This document shows positions 20,160-30,477 of a DNA stretch of 64,000 nt, piece by piece. The stretch's first letter is position 1, and each line of letters starts with the position of its first letter. Source of the stretch: Nostoc sp. CCCryo 231-06 (lineage in GTDB: Bacteria > Cyanobacteriota > Cyanobacteriia > Cyanobacteriales > Nostocaceae); NCBI GenBank assembly GCA_023522315.1, contig JAHCSU010000412.1, forward strand, positions 244 through 64,243, given 5' to 3'. A program made the position numbers and the translations under genes. Under the pieces are notes generated by a model, which saw nothing but the letters and a program-made list of their open reading frames with translations, was not told the DNA's origin and made no database searches.

Positions 20160-21104
20160 ATGACCGGCTTAGAATTAAAAAATAAACGCATTCTTGTCAC
20201 TGGTGGGTCGGGGTTTCTAGGTCGTCAGGTGATAGATCAACTGTGTAAAGCAGGGGCTGATCGTGAGAAGATTACAATAACGCGATCGCGCGATTGTGAT
20301 TTGCGTGTTTGGGAAAATAGCCAACGCGCAGTTGACCAGCAAGACGTAATTATCCACCTAGCAGCTCATGTTGGGGGTATCGGTCTGAACCGTGAAAAAC
20401 CCGCTGAGTTGTTCTACGATAACTTGATCATGGGAACGCAGTTAATTCACGCTGCCTATCAAGCTGAAGTAGAAAAATTTGTTTGTGTTGGCACAATCTG
20501 CGCCTATCCTAAATTTACCCCGGTGCCATTCAAAGAAGATGATCTTTGGAATGGCTACCCAGAGGAAACCAACGCCCCCTACGGAATTGCTAAAAAAGCG
20601 CTTTTAGTCCAATTGCAATCTTACCGCCAGCAGTACGGTTTTAATGGGATTTATCTACTGCCAGTGAATTTATATGGCCCAGAAGATAACTTTGACACAG
20701 GAAGTTCTCACGTTATTCCAGCATTAGTTCGCAAAGTTCACGAAGCCCAAATTAAGGCAGAAAAGCAACTCCCAGTTTGGGGTGATGGCAGTCCCACCCG
20801 TGAGTTTCTGTATTCAGAAGATGCAGCGCGGGGGATTGTTATGGGGACTCAATTCTATAACGAATTGGAACCAGTTAACTTGGGAACGGGTTATGAAATC
20901 TCCATCCTTGATTTAGTAACTCTAATCTGCGAATTGATGGAGTTTAAGGGTGAAATTGTTTGGCAAACTGACAAGCCTAATGGTCAACCCCGCCGTTGTT
21001 TAGATACTGAACGGGCAGAGCAAGCCTTTAATTTCACGGCTCAGGTGGGCTTTGAGCAAGGGTTAAAGAATACCATTGAGTGGTATCGTCAACACGCTGT
21101 ATAA
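20160..21104 (+). CDS. fcl: GDP-L-fucose synthase
   Basis: [43 protein letters not shown]; directly follows gmd. Confidence 0.95.
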   Translation: MTGLELKNKRILVTGGSGFLGRQVIDQLCKAGADREKITITRSRDCDLRVWENSQRAVDQQDVIIHLAAHVGGIGLNREKPAELFYDNLIMGTQLIHAAYQAEVEKFVCVGTICAYPKFTPVPFKEDDLWNGYPEETNAPYGIAKKALLVQLQSYRQQYGFNGIYLLPVNLYGPEDNFDTGSSHVIPALVRKVHEAQIKAEKQLPVWGDGSPTREFLYSEDAARGIVMGTQFYNELEPVNLGTGYEISILDLVTLICELMEFKGEIVWQTDKPNGQPRRCLDTERAEQAFNFTAQVGFEQGLKNTIEWYRQHAV

Positions 21105-21130
21105 CAATGTATTGGTGAGTGTAGGGTACT

Positions 21131-21158
21131 TAAGCTGGGCATCGCCCAGCTTATTTGT
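21131..21158 (+). terminator. Probable intrinsic terminator after fcl
   Basis: Perfect hairpin TAAGCTGGGC-ATC-GCCCAGCTTA followed by TTTGTTT. Confidence 0.6.
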
Positions 21159-21176
21159 TTGACGCGATAAATTTTC

Positions 21177-21752
21177 ATGGACAAAGTTAATCATCAATTA
21201 AATAAAGTAGAACTACGGCGCACTTTACTTAAAACCCGTCAATCAATGCCCGTTCGAGAGTGGAGAGAAAAAAGCGATCGCTTATGCTCTCATTTACAAA
21301 ACTCTACTTTGTTTACCCAAGCAAAAACAATACTAGCTTATTTCAGCTTTCGCCAAGAACCCGACCTCAGTCCACTATTTGCAAACACCAAATACCGTTG
21401 GGGATTTCCTCGCTGCATTGATAAATCCCTACATTGGCATATTTGGACACCTGAAGATTCTGTCCAAAGCGGCGCTTATGGCATTACTGAACCACACCCC
21501 GACGCTCCAATTTTAGAGCCGGCTGAAGTGGATTTGATTCTCGTCCCTAGTGTAGCTTGCGACTATCAAGGATATCGCCTGGGCTATGGCGGTGGATATT
21601 ACGATCGCTTGCTCAGTTTACCGCAGTGGCAGACAAAGCCGACTATCGGAATTGTCTTTGAGTTTGCCTATTTGTCCGAAATACCTATTGAAGTTTGGGA
21701 TAAACCATTACAAGCTATTTCTACCGAAACCCGATTGACTCAAAAAGATTGA
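21177..21752 (+). CDS. ygfA: 5-formyltetrahydrofolate cyclo-ligase
   Basis: LRRTLLKTR, YGITEP, DLILVP, GYRLGYGGGYYDRLL, WDKPL. Confidence 0.9.
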   Translation: MDKVNHQLNKVELRRTLLKTRQSMPVREWREKSDRLCSHLQNSTLFTQAKTILAYFSFRQEPDLSPLFANTKYRWGFPRCIDKSLHWHIWTPEDSVQSGAYGITEPHPDAPILEPAEVDLILVPSVACDYQGYRLGYGGGYYDRLLSLPQWQTKPTIGIVFEFAYLSEIPIEVWDKPLQAISTETRLTQKD

Positions 21753-21947
21753 AGAATTCAGGATAATGAAGACACATCATCAAATGTTTTAGATTTTTGA
21801 TCATAGGTTACGATACAGCACTTCCTCCTGCTATGAGGTACAGATACTTGGGATGCTATTATGACATACAAACGATAATTCGATCAATTAGTGTACCTCA
21901 TAACTTCGGGAAGTGCTGTAAAATTAATCAAATTCTTAAGTAATGCC

Positions 21948-22316
21948 ATGTCTGACTCAGTTCAGTATGTCACTAACACACAGCGAGAGAAAGTTGGGGT
22001 ACTGTTAGACTTAGAAACTTATCAGCAGCTAACTAACTTATCTATAGATTCTGAATTATTGATTGGTTTAAGTCTGGATGAGTTACAAGCTTTAGCAGAA
22101 AGTTCTTTATTTCCTAAAACTCAGACACAATTACAGGAGTTGTTAATTAAAAATTCTGAAACTAATTTATCAAATCAAGAAGCTGAAACTTTAGACAGGT
22201 TGTTGGCACAAGTTGACCAATTAAATATTATTAAAACTAGAGCTAGATATACATTAAATATTTTTCAAAATAAAGAAAGTTGTAATAAATATTTACAAAA
22301 CTCAGAAAGTTATTAA
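21948..22316 (+). CDS. Small hypothetical, antitoxin-like protein
   Basis: N-terminal QYVTNTQREKVGVLLDLETYQQL resembles cyanobacterial antitoxin-like proteins. Start moved from track 21891 to ATG 21948 (inference). Confidence 0.5.
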   Translation: MSDSVQYVTNTQREKVGVLLDLETYQQLTNLSIDSELLIGLSLDELQALAESSLFPKTQTQLQELLIKNSETNLSNQEAETLDRLLAQVDQLNIIKTRARYTLNIFQNKESCNKYLQNSESY

Positions 22317-22320
22317 TCAA

Positions 22321-23157
22321 ATGCTGAACTGTAAAAAATCACGATCGCAAATTCTGCTAATGTATGCGCTATTAGGAGCGATCGCACTGGTGATGCTCTT
22401 TCCTTTACTGTGGCTAGTTAGTACAGCCTTGAAATCGCCTACAGAAAATATTTTGCAGTCGCCGCCCCAGTTATTGCCTGCCTCACCTACACTAGATAAC
22501 TTCTTTAATGTGTGGAACTCTTTACCTTTTGGACAATACCTGTATAACAGTACTTTGGTGTCAGTGCTGACTGTGGGCTTAAATCTGCTGTTTTGCGCTT
22601 TAGCTGCCTATCCGTTGGCAAGATTATCATTTGTCGGGCGAGACTGGATTTTTGTAGCGATCGTCTCTACGATTATGATTCCCTTCCAAATCGTGATGAT
22701 TCCCCTTTATATTTTGACAGTCCAGTTGGGTTTGAGAAATAGTTATTTAGGGATGATTTTTCCGAGTTTAGCTTCTGCCTTTGGCATTTTTCTGTTGCGC
22801 CAAGCTTTCATGAGTGTCCCCAAAGAGATAGAAGAAGCGGCTCGGATGGATGGAAGTTCGGAGTTAGGTTTGTGGTGGCATATTATGTTACCAGCAATTC
22901 GCCCAGCATTGGTAACTTTAGCTATATTCGTATTCATTGGTGCTTGGAGTGACTTTTTGTGGCCTTTAATTGTCATCCAAGATGAAAATTTATACACTCT
23001 TCCGTTGGGAGTCGCAAAGCTAGCAGGTACATTTTCTCTTGACTGGCGGTTGGTAGCTGCTGGTTCAGTAATTGCGATCGCCCCAGTATTATTACTATTT
23101 TTGTTTTTGCAACGTTACATTGTACCCACGGAAACTGGTAGCGGCGTCAAGGGTTAA
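22321..23157 (+). CDS. Carbohydrate ABC transporter permease (MalG-type)
   Basis: MLFPLLWLVSTALK, EAA motif IPKEI-like PKEIEEAARMDG, WSDFLWPL. Confidence 0.92.
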   Translation: MLNCKKSRSQILLMYALLGAIALVMLFPLLWLVSTALKSPTENILQSPPQLLPASPTLDNFFNVWNSLPFGQYLYNSTLVSVLTVGLNLLFCALAAYPLARLSFVGRDWIFVAIVSTIMIPFQIVMIPLYILTVQLGLRNSYLGMIFPSLASAFGIFLLRQAFMSVPKEIEEAARMDGSSELGLWWHIMLPAIRPALVTLAIFVFIGAWSDFLWPLIVIQDENLYTLPLGVAKLAGTFSLDWRLVAAGSVIAIAPVLLLFLFLQRYIVPTETGSGVKG

Positions 23158-23173
23158 AAATCTCTCTCCCAAT

Positions 23174-23218
23174 ACTTCGGCTTCTCTACGAGACGCTACG
23201 CGAACGCTCAGTACAAGT
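23174..23218 (+). repeat. 45-nt compound SDR (21-nt element nested in a 24-nt element)
   Basis: ACTTCGGCT[TCTCTACGAGACGCTACGCGA]ACGCTCAGTACAAGT; identical reverse-complement copy at 47495-47539. Confidence 0.85.
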
Positions 23219-23246
23219 GCCCAATGCCCCATGCCCCATGCCCAAT

Positions 23247-23900
23247 TCAATAAGCCCCAGTCTTTTTCAAGACTACCTCAATAGTTTTAATAATCAGACT
23301 CAGGTCATAAGTTACAGACCACTTACGTTGATAATCTATATCCATCTTGACAATGGTTTCAAAGTCTGTAATGCTAGATCGCCCATTAGCCTGCCATTCT
23401 CCAGTAATGCCTGGTTTGACTCGCAATCTATCCCAGTGGTGTGGATCGTAATTGCTGACTTCATCAGGAGTGGGTGGACGAGTACCAACTAAACTCATGT
23501 CCCCTACCAGAACATTCCAAAATTGGGGAAATTCGTCTAAACTAGTGCGCCGCAAAAATTTACCTACAGGAGTAATGCGAGGATCGTCAACAGATTTAAA
23601 GATGTGACCTTTGGCTTCGTTTTCAACCAAATGCTTGAGTTTATCGGCATCAACGATCATCGAACGGAATTTCCAGATGCGGAAAGTTTTTCCGTTCAAA
23701 CCACAGCGAATTTGGGAATAAAATATTGGACTTGGCGAATCTATAAAAGTAACAATTGCTACAGGAATTACGACAATAAACGTAATTATCAACCCTACAA
23801 TGGCTCCAACAATGTCAATTAATCGTTTTCTCACACTTAAGGTTGACGGGTGGAAAGGCTCTTGCGAGCAATTAACTGAATAAAGATAAAGATGATTCAC
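23247..23900 (-). CDS. Sugar transferase (Bac_transf domain)
   Basis: KRLIDIVGA, KFRSM, SLDEFPQFWNVLVGDMSLVGTRP, KPGITGEWQANGRS. Confidence 0.88.
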   Translation of the reverse strand: MNHLYLYSVNCSQEPFHPSTLSVRKRLIDIVGAIVGLIITFIVVIPVAIVTFIDSPSPIFYSQIRCGLNGKTFRIWKFRSMIVDADKLKHLVENEAKGHIFKSVDDPRITPVGKFLRRTSLDEFPQFWNVLVGDMSLVGTRPPTPDEVSNYDPHHWDRLRVKPGITGEWQANGRSSITDFETIVKMDIDYQRKWSVTYDLSLIIKTIEVVLKKTGAY

Positions 23901-24159
23901 AATGACTAAACTTATCTACAACAGGACTTTTTGAATCAGTAGTGTAGACATGAACATAATTCTTAGGCGATTTTTACTGCTTTTGTCGCTACCACTGAGT
24001 GTTAACATACGCAAAAACCAAGCAATATAAAAACCGAAAACCTAAAGTTTACAGAATCTTTTAATTAAGGTGGAAAATTGTAAAATTACAGTATTCCATG
24101 CCATCAAATAGAAAAGATAGTGTTGTCGGTACACATCCAAAATATTACAGTCAAAATAT

Positions 24160-24290
24160 TAAGTAGATCGGTGCAATTAAAGCTAACTAGTGGGGGCTGT
24201 CATTTATCCTTTGTCATTGTTCATTGGTAAGAGTTTTAAGCCTGTTTATATTTCGTAACATAGTTGGATTTATTTCTGCCGACTTACCTA
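24160..24290. mobile_element. 131-bp MITE with TAAGTAG/CTTACCTA TIRs
   Basis: TAAGTAGATCGGTGCAATTAAA...TTTATTTCTGCCGACTTACCTA; internal TTTGTCA-type heptamers. Confidence 0.65.
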
Positions 24291-24293
24291 GAT

Positions 24294-25791
24294 CGGAGAG
24301 AAGGCTCCCGCCATAATCTTTGATTTGGCGGCGAGATGAATCGAGGGCGAAAAATGTTAGCGAAGCGGTAGCGAGTCTTGTCTGCGAGACGCTACGCGAA
24401 CGAGCGTCAACATTCCCTGACCATGACTGACTGAAAGTCAGTGAGGGATGGGAATAGTTGAGTTTTTCGCAAATCCATGTTATGATTTACGTTAGTATCT
24501 CTGACGTAAATATGCTGGTATTTGAGGCAAAACTTGATGGACAAGACTCGCAGTATCAATTGCTTGATGAAGCAATTAGAACTGCGCGTTTCGTTCGCAA
24601 CGCTTGCCTTCGGTACTGGATGGATAACAGAGGTATTGGCAGATATGAGCTTTCTGCCTACTGCGCGACTCTTGCTCAACAATTTGAATGGGCAGGAAAA
24701 CTCAATTCGATGGCTCGTCAAGCCAGCGCCGAAAGAGCGTGGTCTGCTGTTGCTCGGTTCTTGTCTACGACACGCTCCGCGAATGATAATTGCAAAAAGG
24801 GCAAGCCTGGAAAAAAGGGCTATCCACGCTTCAAAAAGGAACAAACGCACGGTTCTGTTGAATACAAGACTTGTGGGTGGAAACTTTCTCTTGACCGTAG
24901 AAGCATCACGTTTTCCGATGGGTTCAAGGCTGGAACTTTTAACCTCTGGGGAACCCGTGACTTGCATTTCTATCAACTCAAACAGTTTAAAAGAGTGCGG
25001 GTTGTACGTCGCGCAGACGGGTATTATTGCCAATTTTGCATTGATCAAGACCGGATTGAAAAACGAGAGCCAACGGGTAAAACTATCGGTATTGACGTGG
25101 GTTTGAACCATTTCTACACCGATAGTAACGGGGGAACTGTCGCCAATCCCAGACATCTTCGCAAGAGCGAGAAGTCTTTGAAACGGTTGCAACGCCGGAT
25201 GTCCAGGACTAAGAAGGGTTCTCAGAATAGAGCCAAGAAGAGAAATAAACTTGCGCGTAAACACCTCAAAGTAAGTCGCCAACGTAAAGACTTTGCTGTA
25301 AAGACAGCAAGGTGCGTAGTGAGGTCTAGCGACCTTGTGGCATACGAGGATTTGAAGGTGCGAAATATGGTGAGGAATAGACACCTCGCCAAGTCGATTA
25401 GTGACGCGGCATGGACTCAGTTCCGTGAATGGGTTGAGTATTTTGGCAGGGTGTTTGGCGTGGCAACTGTTGCAGTCCCTCCCCACTACACTTCGCAAAA
25501 TTGCTCTAACTGTGGTCAAACTGTGAAGAAAACTCTTAGCACTAGAACTCATGTTTGTCCTCATTGTGGACATACCCAAGACCGAGACTGGAACGCAGCC
25601 CGTAATATATTAGAAAAAGCATTGAGTACGGTGGGTCACACCGGAACTAACGCCTCTGGAGACATCGACCTCTGCATGGGTGGGGAAACCCCTCCAAGTA
25701 AGTCGGGTCGTGGAAAGAGGAAACCCAAAGAGCGATCTTTGGAATCCCCCACTATATTCGGTACTCCGAATTAGTGGTGGGAGGATGTCAA
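24294..25791 (+). mobile_element. IS200/IS605 family, tnpB-only (IS1341-like) element
   Basis: Left subterminal hairpin CCGCCA-TAATCTTTGATT-TGGCGG; tnpB ORF; right hairpin CCACT...AGTGG ending GTCAA at 25791. The left boundary is an inference. Confidence 0.75.
24512..25774 (+). CDS. tnpB: RNA-guided endonuclease TnpB (with 7-aa SDR insert)
   Basis: RuvC-I GIDVGL, RuvC-II AYEDL, zinc finger CSNC/CPHC, RuvC-III DRDWNAARNI all intact; probable start ATG 24512. Confidence 0.93.
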   Translation: MLVFEAKLDGQDSQYQLLDEAIRTARFVRNACLRYWMDNRGIGRYELSAYCATLAQQFEWAGKLNSMARQASAERAWSAVARFLSTTRSANDNCKKGKPGKKGYPRFKKEQTHGSVEYKTCGWKLSLDRRSITFSDGFKAGTFNLWGTRDLHFYQLKQFKRVRVVRRADGYYCQFCIDQDRIEKREPTGKTIGIDVGLNHFYTDSNGGTVANPRHLRKSEKSLKRLQRRMSRTKKGSQNRAKKRNKLARKHLKVSRQRKDFAVKTARCVVRSSDLVAYEDLKVRNMVRNRHLAKSISDAAWTQFREWVEYFGRVFGVATVAVPPHYTSQNCSNCGQTVKKTLSTRTHVCPHCGHTQDRDWNAARNILEKALSTVGHTGTNASGDIDLCMGGETPPSKSGRGKRKPKERSLESPTIFGTPN

Positions 25792-25863
25792 TAATAGTGT
25801 TGAGAGTAGAAAGCCCATTAGGATGTGACCAACTCAGAAAGACACATCCGTAATGTACTAATC

Positions 25864-28800
25864 TCAATGATTAACCTCTAAAGCGAAATTCACTAAGTAT
25901 GCTTCCTCCAGTGATTGCTGATTACTAGCCTTGATTGCATCTAGATAACGACGCAAAGACAACAGTTGTTGGGAATTGGGACGATATGTGAGATTCCCTT
26001 GTTTTTCAAAAAGTGGTGCTGTAGCGATCGCCTGATAGTCAGGATTTTCTTGCGAACTCTGAGTCAGCCAAGCCGAACCTGTAACTGAAGGTATCAAACC
26101 CGAAGGCAGTTCACCTTCCAAAAAAGCCAGGAGGCGTTGCTGACAAGTGCGAGTATTAATCCCACGACCCTCAAATAACTGGATAACTTCACCGAAAGAT
26201 AAGGGTCGGTCTGGTAGCAGTCGCAGCAATTCTGTAAATAGGAAATAATCAGTGTATTGTTGCCTGGGTATATCTAATATTTGCGGATGCAGAGGCAGCA
26301 TTGCCAAACCATAAGCAACCCGACTGCAATTAGGAGCGCCGTTTTCGCCAAGATATAAATCTTGAATAATCTTAGCGCTGGGGAGTTTTTGCCGTAGCCA
26401 ACGATTCACTGTCCCCACACAAGCTACCCCACCAGTCAGGATAGCTTGATTAATCGATTCTGTGGGGATACCACGAGCTACCAATAATTTGTTGAGTTCT
26501 CGGTTCAGGCGACGGACAAAGGGGATAAATACCTGGCTTTCTAAATCTCGTCGCTGCAAAATCCACTGCTGATCGGCTAATTCTAGGGTAAAAGAGTCTT
26601 GGTGTTGCAAAATCAGCTTTAGAGCTAGTGCGGCATCTAATACCGCCTGTCCCAGTAGGGAACTTTCTAGACGCTGCTGGAGGCGAATCCGAGCGGTGAT
26701 ATCTGGCTCTCCAACTCTGGGTAGTTCTAATTCTTCTAACCCTAAACTCTGCCAACGCATTTGGTCTAAACCGGGAATTGACGGTTGCCATTGCCTAAGA
26801 TTATTGGTGATAGTTTTGCCATCGTTTTGTGTTTGTGGGCGTGATTGCCGAGATTTAGGTGGCAATAGCAGCTGACAGATTATATCTTGTTCAATTCCCT
26901 TACCAGCATAAGCAAAACTGTGGAGCATGAAATCATTGTATGTCAATTGCTGCAAGGTTTCTGGGAGATTGACCACCAACATTTCTGTGGCAGTTGTTCC
27001 AATGTTAATCACAAGGGTATTGCCAACAATGGGATGTTCGCTGGTTTTTGCAGGATGAGAACCCTGATGTTGGCTTAATTTTACTTGCTCACCGTTAGCA
27101 GCATCGAGTTCTGGGAGTAAACTAGCGATCGCTTCTTCTACAAAAAAGACTTGCTGCGGATGTTGAATGAGTTTACTGGTGAGTAAAGCTTCCCGCACGT
27201 TGAAGCGGTATTGTTCCGACCAACTAGATGGACAGGTGCAAATTACACCAGTAATATTATTGATAATCTTGGGGAAATCTTGTTCGCTGATCCCCATAGC
27301 AGCAGCCATTAAACTAGGGGTGGTACAAGTTTTTTCGGATTTGAGGGTTAATAGTAGCTTAGAGAGCGATCGCACAACCCAAATCAAAGGGCCTGCGGAA
27401 AATTCATTTAATTGCAAAACAGGTTCCCATTTCTGCCGTTCACTCTTGTAGGGAATGGCTACTTGTAAATAAGGCTTCAACTGCGCCGAGTAGAGATTAT
27501 TTGTCGTCACATCTGCTGTTGATCTCCGTGTTGCAGGAGTGGTGGCCGAGCGATCGGGCACTTTATCTTGGGCAACAGCCGCAGGTGCAGTCCGCTCATG
27601 TACTTCGATACTTTCGTTTTCTCCTTGGGGTACAGAAGCTGTAGGCAGATAAACCTCTGTTGGTAAACGAAATGATTGCTGGAAGGAAGTTGTTCCCGGC
27701 GGATTTTCTGCTGACCAGTAGATAGGATGTACAACAAAAGTCGAGCTATTTAATAATGTAGCAGAAATTCCTGTTGTACCTAAATCAATACCTAAATACC
27801 AGACTGATTCTATAACATTGAGCGATTCTGGATTGTTGATTGAGTTGGAAATTGGAGGTAAAGAACTTTCTTCAACAGGAGTAGTGGCTTCCTTTTCTTG
27901 TTCAGTTTCTATCTGGGGAACTGCCAAACTAGAAAAAGCAGCAGTTGAGGTATTTTCTTCTACTATTTGGAGATTTTCTGTTGGCGGCTCCGAGAAAGTT
28001 ATGGGAATTATGTCTTGATTTTTCTCAAGTAGTTCTGAGAAAATATCCAAGTTGGTAGCTGGCTGCGACTCAGAATTTAGCTGCCGATCAAAATTAGCCA
28101 AATCCTGATCTAATTGCTGCAATTGTTCTTCATCTAAAAAAATATCAGGTACGGCTGGAGCCTGGTTTGACTCAACAGAAAGCAAGTTTTCTTGTGCCGA
28201 AGCAGCAATGTAATTATCTGAAGACAGTTCTGCTTGATCATCATTAATTAATACTTCTGGTTTGGTGATACCTTCTCTGCGAGACGCTTCGCCAACACTA
28301 GGCTTTGCCAACCCGATTTCCGAAATTTCTGCAATTTCCGCTACATCTGGAGTAACTGGTGCTGTAGTTGTGCCATTATCCTCAGAAAATGACACTTCCA
28401 GCAGTTCCTGCTGATTATTTGTATCAGGCAATAGCTCAGTTAGAGTATTAATTGTATCAACACTAGCTGGCTGATTACCGATCTGCAAGCTGTCTGTTGC
28501 CGAAACTGCTTGTGGCGTAGAGAAACTAACAAGCTCTAGGTCTGTATCTTCTTCAAAAAATAGTTCTTCTTGTGAATCTGATGAATCTGTAGTTTCTACT
28601 GGAGTCTGTTGGGTTGTTTGTGGGTGGTTGCTCAGATCCAACAGATCCGTATCTGCTGTCACAGCCTCAGAATCCCCAGTTGCAGGGACAGATTCGCCCT
28701 CAGCGATGTTCAACGTTGATTCTGAGGCTGTGGAAACCTCAACACTTGGATTATTAACATCACCAGTACCAAACAAGCTGGCGTAAAGTTGGTCTACTTC

Positions 28801-29931
28801 ATCACCAATTAACGCAGAAATATCTTGCGGTAATTCGGTCTGGTGGGAAGATTGAGAGGAGTTTATACCAAGCTGCAACAGCGCTGCATCTAAATCTTCT
28901 GCGATGTTAGTATCCTGTTGCTTAGGATCAATTGTGAGTGAAGATGTTTCTGGCTGTATAAGCTCCAAGGGTTGGGGTGCAACTCCAGCAGTAATCTCGG
29001 CTGGATCAGGCAATGATGGTGATGTATCAGATTCTACCTCAAGGAAAGATAGCTGGGAACTAGGCGATCGCTCCTGCAAATGCTGGGTCAAATTGTTGAG
29101 AAAGCTGGCCATCAACTGTTCGCCTTGCATCCCCTTGCTATGCATTCTTGCCAATGCTTGCGACAGGGACTCGTAATAAGTATTAATGTTGCCCTGTAGT
29201 GCATCAAATACTAGATTTACAGTTCCATCTAGTGATAATAAACGTTGATCCAACTCTCTGGCCAGGTGAGTTAAACGCTCCGCAGGGTCTGGTGATTCTA
29301 ATAACGGTTGAGTTGCAGAGGTTGCTGGTTCTGAGTTTGCACTATTTGCTCCTGAAGAAGTGGCGGAATTTTCTCGCGTCTGTGCTAGCAGTGGCGTTAA
29401 AGTTGGCACAAGACGACTCATGAGTACCTGTAAAAACTCGGTAATCATCTGCTCCTGGTTTGTCAACTGCTGCGCTAAGGAGTAATTTTGTAATCGCCTT
29501 TGCTCTAGCTGCCTAATTTCCTGTATGAGAGTGGCTCGCTCTTGCAAGAGCAATTCTAATTCCGATCGCAATGGCTGGATCAAGCTCGAAAATTCACTTT
29601 TTAATTGTCCTGCGCCAACAGTACTATGTTCCTGATTGGGTTCGGGCCGGGGTAGTGGATACTGCTTATTACCTTGCTCAATAAATTTTGTTAATAAAGG
29701 CGATGGCTCCGCCAAGGGCGATCGCGGTTCTTCAGAAGGCTGATTTGGGATGCCGTTCTCTAATGCTTCTTTTTCTTCTAGCCTCACCAAGAAGTTGCGA
29801 ATTCGTTCTAAAACTTCTTTAGGCTCTTGCGCCTGACCAGACAGAAATCTAGACAAGCGCTTGCCACCACTGGCAAGTAAGTTGTCAATGTCTGCGATCA
29901 GCTTTTGAATTTCGTCTGCACTGGAATTCAC
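25864..29931 (-). CDS. Large protein: N-terminal coiled coil, acidic disordered linker, C-terminal actin/Hsp70-like ATPase fold
   Basis: LGIDLGTTG (phosphate 1), LVINIGTTATE (phosphate 2-like), ILTGGVA (adenosine motif), CPSSWSEQYR; no DnaK substrate-binding domain. Confidence 0.6.
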   Translation of the reverse strand: MNSSADEIQKLIADIDNLLASGGKRLSRFLSGQAQEPKEVLERIRNFLVRLEEKEALENGIPNQPSEEPRSPLAEPSPLLTKFIEQGNKQYPLPRPEPNQEHSTVGAGQLKSEFSSLIQPLRSELELLLQERATLIQEIRQLEQRRLQNYSLAQQLTNQEQMITEFLQVLMSRLVPTLTPLLAQTRENSATSSGANSANSEPATSATQPLLESPDPAERLTHLARELDQRLLSLDGTVNLVFDALQGNINTYYESLSQALARMHSKGMQGEQLMASFLNNLTQHLQERSPSSQLSFLEVESDTSPSLPDPAEITAGVAPQPLELIQPETSSLTIDPKQQDTNIAEDLDAALLQLGINSSQSSHQTELPQDISALIGDEVDQLYASLFGTGDVNNPSVEVSTASESTLNIAEGESVPATGDSEAVTADTDLLDLSNHPQTTQQTPVETTDSSDSQEELFFEEDTDLELVSFSTPQAVSATDSLQIGNQPASVDTINTLTELLPDTNNQQELLEVSFSEDNGTTTAPVTPDVAEIAEISEIGLAKPSVGEASRREGITKPEVLINDDQAELSSDNYIAASAQENLLSVESNQAPAVPDIFLDEEQLQQLDQDLANFDRQLNSESQPATNLDIFSELLEKNQDIIPITFSEPPTENLQIVEENTSTAAFSSLAVPQIETEQEKEATTPVEESSLPPISNSINNPESLNVIESVWYLGIDLGTTGISATLLNSSTFVVHPIYWSAENPPGTTSFQQSFRLPTEVYLPTASVPQGENESIEVHERTAPAAVAQDKVPDRSATTPATRRSTADVTTNNLYSAQLKPYLQVAIPYKSERQKWEPVLQLNEFSAGPLIWVVRSLSKLLLTLKSEKTCTTPSLMAAAMGISEQDFPKIINNITGVICTCPSSWSEQYRFNVREALLTSKLIQHPQQVFFVEEAIASLLPELDAANGEQVKLSQHQGSHPAKTSEHPIVGNTLVINIGTTATEMLVVNLPETLQQLTYNDFMLHSFAYAGKGIEQDIICQLLLPPKSRQSRPQTQNDGKTITNNLRQWQPSIPGLDQMRWQSLGLEELELPRVGEPDITARIRLQQRLESSLLGQAVLDAALALKLILQHQDSFTLELADQQWILQRRDLESQVFIPFVRRLNRELNKLLVARGIPTESINQAILTGGVACVGTVNRWLRQKLPSAKIIQDLYLGENGAPNCSRVAYGLAMLPLHPQILDIPRQQYTDYFLFTELLRLLPDRPLSFGEVIQLFEGRGINTRTCQQRLLAFLEGELPSGLIPSVTGSAWLTQSSQENPDYQAIATAPLFEKQGNLTYRPNSQQLLSLRRYLDAIKASNQQSLEEAYLVNFALEVNH

Positions 29932-30477
29932 TTTTATTACCTTACCTAGAGATATATGTCAACTAATCTGACAATTACTTTACAATCACCGTACCCCCTT
30001 GGGGAAGCAAGCGTCGCCCATAGGAGAAGTTTTGAGTGGCAAAAGCCGCCACTTGGATTTGTGACTGTCATTATGTTATGGATTACTGGGAGTCGTGGCA
30101 ATCTTCAGTCAGCGTTTGTGTGAGAAGCTTAGTTTTACAGATCATTAAATTGCCTATTTTTGAAAATCGCTAAAATACCTGAGCAATAATTTACTCCCTT
30201 TAGTATCATTAATGTTGTTTGCCTATATTCTGAACTAATCAAGTTTGCAGTGCAGCTAGCCCCTAAGCAATACAATTGCCGGCTATAAACTACTTTTTGC
30301 AAAGCTTTTACCCCGTTTAAACTTATAGGTAATTATTTAGAAAAACGTTCTTGTCGCTTTCTTATGTAGCATAGTTTAGTTTTATTTTTGAAAGGGAGCT
30401 GTGCAATGATAGCTTAGGCTGAAAATGACGCTCTTGTTTGTTGTGTGTATATAGCAGCTTTGAATAAAGATGTCGTA

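Noticed and set aside
24407-25579. 390-aa ORF antisense to tnpB (and the 194-aa alternative-frame ORF 24522-25106)
   Set aside because: Shadow ORFs of tnpB with no recognisable motifs.
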